A stretch of 29,189 bases of DNA. It comes from an uncultured Fidelibacterota bacterium. GTDB taxonomy: Bacteria > Fidelibacterota > Marinisomatia > Marinisomatales > UBA1611. The DNA lies in contig CAJWHW010000026.1 in assembly GCA_913040915.1 (NCBI GenBank), positions 1 to 29,189 of the forward strand. The letters run 5' to 3'. The notes beneath the pieces were generated by a model. It did no database searches and had not been told where the DNA came from. It worked only from the letters and a program-made list of their open reading frames with translations. Both the position numbers and the translations under genes were made by a program. Shown piece after piece: positions 9,103 through 18,246 of this stretch. The number at the start of each line of letters is the position of its first letter. The first letter of the stretch is position 1.

Positions 9103-12100
9103 GGTCTTTGGTTTTACCATCATTAAATTGAATAATATAAAAATACAAGCCCGGAGCAATTTCAGGGCCATCCTGGTTATTGCCTGTTCGCAAATTCCAC
9201 CAAGCATTACCATCAAATTCTTTCTCATGATCAAATGTAGTCACATGCTCACCAGTAAGTGTATATATAGAAATTTGGCATTTTTTTGGAAGATGCGTAA
9301 ACCTAATTTTCCTTTCATGCTGTGTTTCGTTAAACCTTGAGCTAGCCTTATAAGGATTTGGGACCACTCTAATAGTATCTAATTTCAGGGTATCAGCTAT
9401 ACCAACTTCTTTACCCAAGGCAGTCATATCTGAATACCATGAATCTCCATCAACAAAAAATTTCTTGGGACTTAGAATTAATTTTTCTCCTCCACGCCAG
9501 GGATAAGATATGCGCCATGGACTGTTAAGAATCCCATCATCTTTCATATCATTGTATTTTGAAATAGGCTCAACACCAGCATCTACAGGTGCTGTTGCTT
9601 CCCATAACATTTGCTTATAGGATACAATATCTTCGGGGTTATAGGATTTTGTATCATCATATTCTCTAAAATTTGTCCCAGTATCCGCACCGAAAAGATC
9701 AGAAATAAAATTATAATTTAAATCAAAATTGTAAATGTATTGACTTTCCCAGATACCAGCAATTTGAAAAGTGTCTTCTCTCATAAGTATATCTTCACCT
9801 CGAGTCCAAACATAATCTCCAGCACCATTAATTACATCACCTGGAGCATCTAACGATCCAAAATCTAAACAATCTAGTCCTACTTTTTTATTGGTAAGCA
9901 AATTGGTTATTCGAAAGGGTGTGTACATGTAAATATCAAGCCCGTTTTCTCCTTCACCAAAATAAATTGAATCCCCAGTAGGTGAATCAAAAAATTCAAT
10001 CATATAATTGCAGTTTGTACGTCTCTTATAACCATCAAGATTAGTATAGGATAATATAGGGAACACCGTACTCAATAGACTAATAACTGTCGCACTGTCC
10101 ATTGTTAAAGTATCAGAATCCCAAGACCAAATCAAAGTATCCATTACTACATCTGGCGCTGAAGATGGATTTAGTTCAAGCGCATTTTCTATATTAAACC
10201 TGATGCCTTTAAACTGATTACTCCACTGGCCGACTTTATTTATAATAGAGTATTCAGGTACCAAATACTCCCCATTTTCTAGAATCGTTCCCGGCAAGCC
10301 AGAGATTGAATCTTCTTCAAGAAATCCCAAACTTTCTTGTAAATAAGGTTTTGTATTTAATGGCGTACCCAATGAATCATTAACCACATACCCATAAAGA
10401 TAAGGGTCTTCACAAGCCATACCATCTACGGCACTTGGACTCTGTTGTGCCTGGATCTCATACATGAGTTGATCTTGAACAATTTTTGTTCGGTCAACAA
10501 TGAAATATTTTCGAACTCCATTACCTATGTTATTTGATGCTGTTTTAAATAATGCTTCAATATTGGATGCATCCGGAAATGAGATATCCAGAGCAGTATA
10601 TCCAGGGATAACAGTAATAAAATTATGATCGCTACTGTCACCACGTGCAGATTCCAAACTGTAGTAGCCACGAGTTGGGTTTGCAGAAGTTCTTATTGCT
10701 TTTCCTGATTCATTAAAATATATAAGAGAATCAGGACCTAAAAATTTATCAGGATTTGTTTTTGTCCAAACTGTGTCAACTTTCACTATTTCATTACTTG
10801 AAATAATACTGTAATACACACAACCACCGGCATTATAAATTGAATCAACAACATAAGAATATGTAATTCTATCAATAGTATCAATCAGAACAGTATCTGT
10901 TGCAATTCCTAAATTTTCCATTTCTAAATCAAAAGGGTTAAATCCAATATCATATGCCGTGACAGTATAGGAATATTCAACACCATCAATAACATTTGAA
11001 TCTACAAATGAATATTCTATACCTGAATTATTCCCTAACGAGAATCTTGGTGATAAAGGATCTAAACCAGAGATGGGAATTTCTCGAGTTAAACCGGATT
11101 CACAATTTTCATCTTCATAAATGCAATGATCTTGATCAGCTTCAGAACTTAAATCAAATTGGGCATAAGGTTTCCAGCCAACAAAATGGCCATTATAATC
11201 ATAAAGCCGATCATCATCATTACCCCATGTTATCCCACCATCGATAGATCTGTATAATTTATACCCTTCAAAATCTGCATAGCCTGTAAGTGAATCAACG
11301 GATGATTCTGAATCCGCGTCCCAGGAAACGAGAACACGGTTATGATCTGCTACAGCATAAATAGCCGGACTCTCCGGAGTTGAAAAATTAGCAAAAATCA
11401 CTTCAACCGAATCTTCAGAGATAGCGTTTTCATCATCCATTACTTTCAATTTGTATATATATCGGGATTGTCGTTTTGTTGGCTCCAAATCTTGAACGGT
11501 AAGAATTGAATCAGAGGTAATGTTACCGGATGGGCTAGTCCATTCAAAGTTTAAATCAGAACTGTCAGGATCGAATGATCCAGTCGCTGCATTGATTATC
11601 ACCGGTTTAGAACTGAATTTAGGTATTCTAACTGTTTCACCAGCATCAGCAACTGGGCATATATTTTCATTTATTGTTACAAATAATGTATCATAACTAT
11701 CACAATATCCATCATTCACTTTAAGCACAACTCTGAATGTAGAATCAGATTCCAAATCTATAGGACTGGTTACTGTTGTGAACGGATTTGAACTATTTTC
11801 TAAATCTAAACCATCAAGAGATTCCCAACTGTAGATCAATTCATTTTTATTAATGTCATAAGAGCGAGATCCATTTAAATCAAATTTATAGTCGCATATG
11901 GGCATCTCAACTGTTGCACTGGCTACAGCAACCGGTGAATCATTTATGATATAATTTACGTAAATAGAATCCTTATCATAATTAACACCATCGTATACTG
12001 AAAGAACGAATGTGAACACGGTGTCCATATCAATCTCTGGGATTGTAAAGAGAGCTTTATATGAATCTGCATCTGATATTGAACTATTGTAACCATCTAG

Positions 12101-14035
12101 GGACGTCCATGAATAAACGAGCAATGAATCTTCAGGATCAAATGAATCTCCACTGACTAGGTCAATAGTAGTGTTACAACCGCTGGGGATTTCCATATCA
12201 ACACCTGCATCAGCAGTAGGGCACATATCAGCTAATAATGTTACATTAATGGTATCAAAATCTTCACAATATTCTTCATCATCATAAACTCTTAATTGGA
12301 ATTGAATAACTGTATCTTCTGTTAACCCTTCAGGATACTCAAAGTAGGGTGTCTCTTTTTTAGATTGAGAGTTACTCATATCTACATCTAGCCCAAGTGT
12401 CTGAATCCATTTGTATTTTAAATTGCCATCTAAATCAAAAGAACCGGTACCATCTAGATAAACACGGTAGGTACCATTACTACGCCTCTCATACTCACAG
12501 GATTCAAAATCTTCTCCTGCATTAGCAACAGGTGGCATATCATCTAGAACAGATACAATTATTGAATCCGTATCTGTTAAGCCAGCTAAATCTGTTACGG
12601 TAAGATAAAATGTCAAATTTTCACCGATTACCGATTCACTAATTGAAAACATGGCCGAATCAGAAGAAGTTGGATTGATCAAAAAGGATGATAATTCTTC
12701 AGCAACTGACCAAACAAAAGTTAATGTACCATTTTCTGGATCTTCAGATTCAGAACCATCTAAATTAAAGGTAGTTTCACAACCACCACTTATAGAAAAA
12801 TTTTCTCCTGCTTCAGCTATGGGGTTTAAATTATCAAAAATAGTTATTGTAACCGTATCCAAATGAGTGCAATAACCGTCATCCACTTTTAGCTCAAATC
12901 TAAAAGTCCCACCAGTATGGCTTTCATTAAAATTTGCAGTAGCAATGGACTTGTTTGAACTTGACACAGATGGTCCATCAAGTGAATACCAGTCATATTC
13001 TAAAAATGCTATATTATCATCAGTGGAACTAGTACCATCTAGGGTTACTGCGATTAAATTAGTGGAAATATCTTCACCTGCATTCGCAATAGGTGCCAAG
13101 TCATTTATATACTCAATTTCTAGTGTATCAATATCCTGGTTATCTCCATCACTGACCGTTAGCTGGAATCTTAAATCTTTATCTGCAGTGAAGCTAGGAA
13201 AAGTAAAGACAGGGTTGGCTAAAGAAGCATCATCCAAATTAGAATTATAGCCATCTAAAGAAATCCAGTTATAAGTTAAAGACCCTCCATCCGGTTCTAC
13301 AGATCCGGAACCATCTAAATTAATACTTGTATTACATCCACTGCTTAATTCTAAATCACTACCAGCATCAGCTACTGGGCACATATCAGCAAGACAGACA
13401 ACACTAACAGTATCCTTATCGGAACAATAACCATTGGCATCAGTAACCATTAATTCTATTCTATATACAGTATTTTCAGTTAAATCAATTGGATGGTTAA
13501 AATATGGTCTCGATTTTGTGGATTGTCCATCGGAAATTGTTATACCTTCATCCAGAACAGTCCACAAAAATTGAATATCGGTACTGTCTTCAAGGTCAAA
13601 AGATTCTGAGCCATTTAGATAAACTCTATAATCATCTCCGCTTATCGAATAATCACAAGCAGTAAAATTAATTCCCGCATCTGCTTGTGGTACATGATCA
13701 CCCAAAACAGTTACTTTGACTGTGTCAGTACTCGATGCACCGCTGTCATCGGTGACTGTTAAAGAAAAATGATAATCATAATCAATTTCAGTTTGGGGGA
13801 TTTCAAAAATTAATGTATCTGCGTCAAAATCAGTCAAGACCGCGCAACCATCGATAGCAAGCCAAAGATAACTAAGATTGTTACCTGTGGATGCTCTACC
13901 ATCTAGAGTAACCATTTCTGTACAACCCGAGCTGACAGTAATATCATTTCCGGCATTCGCAACTGGATTTTGAGAATACAGGAAAGTAGAAAATATTATA
14001 AGTGGGATTAAACTGAAATGGAATTTATGAATCAT
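9074..14035 (-). CDS. Large secreted surface protein (~1653 aa): 9 PKD/K319-like Ig repeats, Fn3-like core, inserted region with CBM5/12-like motif, atypical CTD (VVPNPY...GKFAVIR)
   Basis: ORF 9074-14071. The likely start is ATG 14035 (MIHKFHFSLIPLIIFSTFLYS signal peptide); the longer start overlaps the barrel gene. Repeats follow PxAxAGxD...LDGxxSxD...W...FxLxVxD...D. Core and CTD are homologous to the 1058-aa protein. Confidence 0.88.
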   Translation of the reverse strand: MIHKFHFSLIPLIIFSTFLYSQNPVANAGNDITVSSGCTEMVTLDGRASTGNNLSYLWLAIDGCAVLTDFDADTLIFEIPQTEIDYDYHFSLTVTDDSGASSTDTVKVTVLGDHVPQADAGINFTACDYSISGDDYRVYLNGSESFDLEDSTDIQFLWTVLDEGITISDGQSTKSRPYFNHPIDLTENTVYRIELMVTDANGYCSDKDTVSVVCLADMCPVADAGSDLELSSGCNTSINLDGSGSVEPDGGSLTYNWISLDGYNSNLDDASLANPVFTFPSFTADKDLRFQLTVSDGDNQDIDTLEIEYINDLAPIANAGEDISTNLIAVTLDGTSSTDDNIAFLEYDWYSLDGPSVSSSNKSIATANFNESHTGGTFRFELKVDDGYCTHLDTVTITIFDNLNPIAEAGENFSISGGCETTFNLDGSESEDPENGTLTFVWSVAEELSSFLINPTSSDSAMFSISESVIGENLTFYLTVTDLAGLTDTDSIIVSVLDDMPPVANAGEDFESCEYERRSNGTYRVYLDGTGSFDLDGNLKYKWIQTLGLDVDMSNSQSKKETPYFEYPEGLTEDTVIQFQLRVYDDEEYCEDFDTINVTLLADMCPTADAGVDMEIPSGCNTTIDLVSGDSFDPEDSLLVYSWTSLDGYNSSISDADSYKALFTIPEIDMDTVFTFVLSVYDGVNYDKDSIYVNYIINDSPVAVASATVEMPICDYKFDLNGSRSYDINKNELIYSWESLDGLDLENSSNPFTTVTSPIDLESDSTFRVVLKVNDGYCDSYDTLFVTINENICPVADAGETVRIPKFSSKPVIINAATGSFDPDSSDLNFEWTSPSGNITSDSILTVQDLEPTKRQSRYIYKLKVMDDENAISEDSVEVIFANFSTPESPAIYAVADHNRVLVSWDADSESSVDSLTGYADFEGYKLYRSIDGGITWGNDDDRLYDYNGHFVGWKPYAQFDLSSEADQDHCIYEDENCESGLTREIPISGLDPLSPRFSLGNNSGIEYSFVDSNVIDGVEYSYTVTAYDIGFNPFDLEMENLGIATDTVLIDTIDRITYSYVVDSIYNAGGCVYYSIISSNEIVKVDTVWTKTNPDKFLGPDSLIYFNESGKAIRTSANPTRGYYSLESARGDSSDHNFITVIPGYTALDISFPDASNIEALFKTASNNIGNGVRKYFIVDRTKIVQDQLMYEIQAQQSPSAVDGMACEDPYLYGYVVNDSLGTPLNTKPYLQESLGFLEEDSISGLPGTILENGEYLVPEYSIINKVGQWSNQFKGIRFNIENALELNPSSAPDVVMDTLIWSWDSDTLTMDSATVISLLSTVFPILSYTNLDGYKRRTNCNYMIEFFDSPTGDSIYFGEGENGLDIYMYTPFRITNLLTNKKVGLDCLDFGSLDAPGDVINGAGDYVWTRGEDILMREDTFQIAGIWESQYIYNFDLNYNFISDLFGADTGTNFREYDDTKSYNPEDIVSYKQMLWEATAPVDAGVEPISKYNDMKDDGILNSPWRISYPWRGGEKLILSPKKFFVDGDSWYSDMTALGKEVGIADTLKLDTIRVVPNPYKASSRFNETQHERKIRFTHLPKKCQISIYTLTGEHVTTFDHEKEFDGNAWWNLRTGNNQDGPEIAPGLYFYIIQFNDGKTKDHIGKFAVIR

Positions 14036-14047
14036 ATAAGCAGCTGT

Positions 14048-15093
14048 TTTAAAATTCGAGTCCAATAGCAAATTGATTGGTCTGTTTCAACACATCATAA
14101 TTCACATGAGCATAATCTACCCGCAAAGCCATTTTACCCAAACGCAAATTCACTCCCGCACCAATACTCCACTTGGCCGTATCATGGTTTAAATGAGTGC
14201 CAATCCTCACAAATGCTATATTCTCCCAGCCATATTCTAGGCCCATACTACCATAAACGACATAGTCACTGGGCTTGATCCCATCCATGCTGATGATCAA
14301 CCGGTGACTCTCATTTTTCATAAATGCACTACTGGGCCCCATTAATTCATTCTCTATACCTAAACGGAATATGAGTGGTAGAGGAAACTTATCCGTAATG
14401 CGCTCTAAACTCTCATCCACATCAATGGTGTCCGGTACCTGTACAGAGAGCCCTTCTCCAGCATACTCAACTTCAGGGCCAAAATTGGTAATACTCATAC
14501 CCAGGATTGTACCATAGATACCTGTATCAAAATTGGAACCTATATCATAGGATACAGCTTGCATGCCTGTCTCCCATATCTTATCCCGGATATAATTAAT
14601 AGAAGTGCCAATCTTTAGTCTATCTGTTAATGACCTGGCGTATGTAGCTCGAATGGCCATAGACTCTACTTTAAAATCTTCACCTGTCCCATCGGGGAAT
14701 AGCTCTGTAGTTACTGCCATGGGACCACTATCTAAATAAAACAAGTGAAACCCAATAAAATCAGAAGGACCAATCCTCGTGCCATAGGTTAATACACCAT
14801 GTTTAATCCCTGCTAGGTAATTTACTTGAGAAAAATAGGCTTCCTGCTTCTCAATAAAACCAATACTGGATGGATTATAAGGGATACCAGAAACACCCCG
14901 ACCCGAAGCAACGTTGGAGCCACCCATACCAATAGCCCTGGCTGAAGTCTCAAGCTTTAAAAAACTGCCTGCAGCTGTAGCAACCTTTGTAACAACATCA
15001 GGTATATCCCGATATTGAGCAAATACAAAATAGGGCAATAATAACAGTGCTAGGTATCTGCTCTTCATCGAATTACCGCAAATTTGCCAATAT
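14048..15093. repeat. 1046-bp direct repeat, copy 2
   Basis: Matches 8057-9102 with no mismatch on visual comparison. Contains the whole barrel gene plus the IGKFAVIR-stop codons of the upstream gene. Confidence 0.95.
14049..15068 (-). CDS. PorV/PorQ (UPF0164, FadL-like) family outer-membrane beta-barrel protein, copy 2, 339 aa
   Basis: Translation identical to 8058-9077; ATGA overlap with the 1058-aa gene. Confidence 0.85.
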   Translation of the reverse strand: MKSRYLALLLLPYFVFAQYRDIPDVVTKVATAAGSFLKLETSARAIGMGGSNVASGRGVSGIPYNPSSIGFIEKQEAYFSQVNYLAGIKHGVLTYGTRIGPSDFIGFHLFYLDSGPMAVTTELFPDGTGEDFKVESMAIRATYARSLTDRLKIGTSINYIRDKIWETGMQAVSYDIGSNFDTGIYGTILGMSITNFGPEVEYAGEGLSVQVPDTIDVDESLERITDKFPLPLIFRLGIENELMGPSSAFMKNESHRLIISMDGIKPSDYVVYGSMGLEYGWENIAFVRIGTHLNHDTAKWSIGAGVNLRLGKMALRVDYAHVNYDVLKQTNQFAIGLEF

Positions 15094-18000
15094 AGGGTTC
15101 ATTAGAGCTGTCTTTTTGTTCAACATAAAAGAGATAAAGACCCGGTGCAACTTCCTGGTTATTTATAGTTCTCATATCCCACCAAGCATTACCAGATTGC
15201 TTGTTGCTGTGCTCAACAGTGCTTACATGCTCACCAGATAGAGTGAAAATTTTGATGGTACATCTCTCAGGAAGATTAGTGAAGCGAATTTGCCTCAAGT
15301 GTTCAGTTTCCTTAAACCCAGATTGTACTCTATAAGGGTTAGGTACAACACCAATTTTATCCGTATTTGCAGCAGGCGTTACGCCTGGGTATAATTGTAT
15401 AAAATTTCTGTCTAAAACGGTTGTACCCTTTGAATTTTCAATGGATGCATAGCCATCAGGATCAGCCCATTTATCTGGGTTGGAATAATTAGTGTCTACC
15501 ACAGCTTCAAAAGATCCATCACCTAATTCATTGTATGTGGTTTTATAAGGTGGCTCAACACCCATGTCATAGGCCACAACAGAATAGGTATACTCTAATC
15601 CATCTATAACGTCATTATCGATAAACATATATTTCATCGTATCACCTTCAATAATTTTAGGCTCATCCAATCTGATTGCGTCCAATCCAGTATCATCGCC
15701 TAAACTAAACCATGGGAAATAAGGATCCCCACCTTTTATCCCATGGCCCCTTTGTTGCATTGGGTCATCTGCGCAGTCACTGGGATTGCTGGAATAAATA
15801 CAATGTAATGAATCTTCTTCAGCGCTCAGGTCAAACTGCTGAAATGGCCGCCAACCTGCAAAAATACCATCAGTGTCATAAATCATATCATCCGCTTCAC
15901 CCCAGGAACTCCCACCATCCATACTTTTAAAAATTTTATACCCTTCAAAATCAGCATACCCTGTTACCACATCACGAGAAGATTCTGCACGATCATCCCA
16001 GTAGATTCGAACTTCACCCTGACTAGTTTCTGAATATACAGTCGGTCTTGTTGGTGGCGTAAATCCTTGGTAACGAGAATTATACATCACCTGTGCAAAT
16101 CGCGCGTTGTTTACGAGATCATCTTCAGTTTGTCCAAAGATAATGCAGAAAGAAAATGGCACTTCTCTACCAACAGGCAAATCAAATGGTGCACAGCTCA
16201 TAATCAGCACACAGTCTAAACCTGGATCATCCCTGAGATAAACCGGCTCAGACTTTAACCCAATAACGGAATCAAAATGTGGATTCAGCTCTACTCCTAG
16301 ATCTGTTCCAGGATTTGGTGTGTGAAAGTGCCACGCATTTTCATTATCACTTATGTTTGAAGTGTCACCCACCATTAGCTTATACAAAATTTCTTCTTTA
16401 TTTCGAGCCACAGGACACCCTTCGTAACCAGCATAACAGGGGGGTGATGAATCTTCTGGACGAATCACACCGGGGCGCTGGAACCAATCCACCCAATGCC
16501 AATCAGTCATTTTCAATGGCTCACCAGGAAAGATATCAATTGTGCCATCTTGATCCAAATCAACCGGAGTAGTGGCTTTTGGTGAATCGAGTAACTGAGT
16601 AGCTACTATCCCAAATTCATTACCGGGATTTTGTTGTGATGAAGGCTCATCTAGCGCATATCCCAATTCACCAGATATCCCATCATGGTCCCCGATCATA
16701 GCCATACTGATGAGCATCCTTTCATTGTTTACTTCAAAAACTTCCCAATGATATTTCATAAAATCATCATCATTGGTATGTAAAAAAGAACTGTATCCAT
16801 CCCAATCACCCATGAGAACATCAGCATCCATATAAAACCCCAGCGCCATTCCAGAATAATCAAATCCTTTTCCACGATTGAGCTTTGTACCATCTGGCAT
16901 TATCATTCCTTCACCGCAAATTTGCTTACCATCTTTATCAAGAACAGGATTTCCATCTTCATCTTCAGCACAGAAATCACCACTCTCATTCCGAACCCTC
17001 ACTGTAACAAACATAATATCTTCAGCATAGGAGACTCCATAGGAATGCGCAGAAGCCATAACTCTAAGACCCATAGGATATCCTGTTTGTTCGTATTCAT
17101 TGTTTGTATTAACATTATTTGCTCGATGAGCCCAGCGGTCATCAAACTCCATGTATACATCCATATCAGAGATAAATCTCCCTGGGACTTCTTCCCAACA
17201 ATCAGGATCTTTTCTTGATTGAGAACAGCCTGGTAAATTGATATTAAAATCCTGAGCCCACCAACCTGGCCAAAAAGCTTCTGTCTTACCTGTTAGCTCA
17301 CTATATTTCTTCGGCCATGTTTGCGAGTGACCTGAATGCGCTAAAACCGGATATGTATCTCCAGGAGGCACAAATGGTGAATCCTTGAAAACATCACCGG
17401 TTGTAGTTTCAGTTTGGTGGGTATTAATCCGGGACATAGTAGACGCGTGCCAGTCTGTTTTATAATCAACATTTATAAAATGTGATTCAGCAGCATTTGC
17501 ACCATAATAAACATACCCATCATCATCTGTCCATTCTTCTAAATCATCACCATAATCATAAAAATCAAAACTATTTTCACGACTAATTAGTTTAGGACGA
17601 AGAGCCCAGGGATGAATAAAACCAATTCGTGTAGATGTTTTATTTGGATCTTTCTCTCCAAATGTAGTTAAAACAATTTTTTTATTTTCATGATCAAACA
17701 TGAATTGCTTATCATTATTAAAGGCTTCCACGGAAATGACTTCATTATCTGGTAAGTACAAACCTTCATCATTTCCTAATTCAAAAAGAACACCTGAAAA
17801 TATTGTATCACCAGTGGCGGGAAACCAAGCTTCATAGGCACTGTTGGATTCCCAAATACTATATTTGGGTATGCCATCATCATCAACAATTGTTTCTACA
17901 TTTTCCCAAGTATAATTCGCCGTATTAGAATGACCGGGCAAACCAGCAATAAAAGATACTGCTGGTAAATAAGAATAATCACCCCAAATCCCCGAAGGTT

Positions 18001-18241
18001 GGTGATCCCAATTAATAAAACTACCATAATTAGTAACGGCAGCTTTAACTCGTCCTTGCACTACAAATCCCTTTCCACGATCACTCATAGGATTGGTAGG
18101 GAATGGATTATCACCTATTTTTGCAGCTCCAGCTGGGCGAAACGGATCAGGTGCAGATTTGTTGCTGTTCTGTATGTAGCTCTTATCAATTGCAAGTAAA
18201 CAACCGATTAATAGGATACAGAATGATAATTTTATTTTCAT
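15065..18241 (-). CDS. Secreted TonB-receptor-associated protein of unknown function, 1058 aa, with Fn3-like core and atypical CTD (VVPNPY...GKFAVIR)
   Basis: Starts 5 bp after the receptor stop; signal peptide MKIKLSFCILLIGCLLA; DFEGYKIFKS...YTYSVVAYD Fn3-like segment; CTD IGVVPNPY...IRFTNLP...WWDMRT...APGLY...GKFAVIR. Confidence 0.85.
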   Translation of the reverse strand: MKIKLSFCILLIGCLLAIDKSYIQNSNKSAPDPFRPAGAAKIGDNPFPTNPMSDRGKGFVVQGRVKAAVTNYGSFINWDHQPSGIWGDYSYLPAVSFIAGLPGHSNTANYTWENVETIVDDDGIPKYSIWESNSAYEAWFPATGDTIFSGVLFELGNDEGLYLPDNEVISVEAFNNDKQFMFDHENKKIVLTTFGEKDPNKTSTRIGFIHPWALRPKLISRENSFDFYDYGDDLEEWTDDDGYVYYGANAAESHFINVDYKTDWHASTMSRINTHQTETTTGDVFKDSPFVPPGDTYPVLAHSGHSQTWPKKYSELTGKTEAFWPGWWAQDFNINLPGCSQSRKDPDCWEEVPGRFISDMDVYMEFDDRWAHRANNVNTNNEYEQTGYPMGLRVMASAHSYGVSYAEDIMFVTVRVRNESGDFCAEDEDGNPVLDKDGKQICGEGMIMPDGTKLNRGKGFDYSGMALGFYMDADVLMGDWDGYSSFLHTNDDDFMKYHWEVFEVNNERMLISMAMIGDHDGISGELGYALDEPSSQQNPGNEFGIVATQLLDSPKATTPVDLDQDGTIDIFPGEPLKMTDWHWVDWFQRPGVIRPEDSSPPCYAGYEGCPVARNKEEILYKLMVGDTSNISDNENAWHFHTPNPGTDLGVELNPHFDSVIGLKSEPVYLRDDPGLDCVLIMSCAPFDLPVGREVPFSFCIIFGQTEDDLVNNARFAQVMYNSRYQGFTPPTRPTVYSETSQGEVRIYWDDRAESSRDVVTGYADFEGYKIFKSMDGGSSWGEADDMIYDTDGIFAGWRPFQQFDLSAEEDSLHCIYSSNPSDCADDPMQQRGHGIKGGDPYFPWFSLGDDTGLDAIRLDEPKIIEGDTMKYMFIDNDVIDGLEYTYSVVAYDMGVEPPYKTTYNELGDGSFEAVVDTNYSNPDKWADPDGYASIENSKGTTVLDRNFIQLYPGVTPAANTDKIGVVPNPYRVQSGFKETEHLRQIRFTNLPERCTIKIFTLSGEHVSTVEHSNKQSGNAWWDMRTINNQEVAPGLYLFYVEQKDSSNEPYIGKFAVIR

Positions 18242-18246
18242 ATGCT

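Noticed and set aside
8057..15093. Composite transposon, prophage att sites or DGR template/variable repeats as the cause of the duplication
   Set aside because: The repeat encodes a beta-barrel. I saw no transposase, integrase or reverse transcriptase, no terminal inverted repeats or target duplication, and no adenine-specific mismatches.
9056..15241. Plus-strand ORFs 9056-9340 and 15047-15241 sharing MLGICSSSNYRKFAN
   Set aside because: The shared start is just the antisense of the repeat end; there is no independent coding evidence.
18200..18241. Possible lipobox LIGC in the 1058-aa protein
   Set aside because: Hydrophobic residues continue after the Cys (CLLA), which fits signal peptidase I cleavage equally well. 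Unresolved without SignalP, so not called a lipoprotein.
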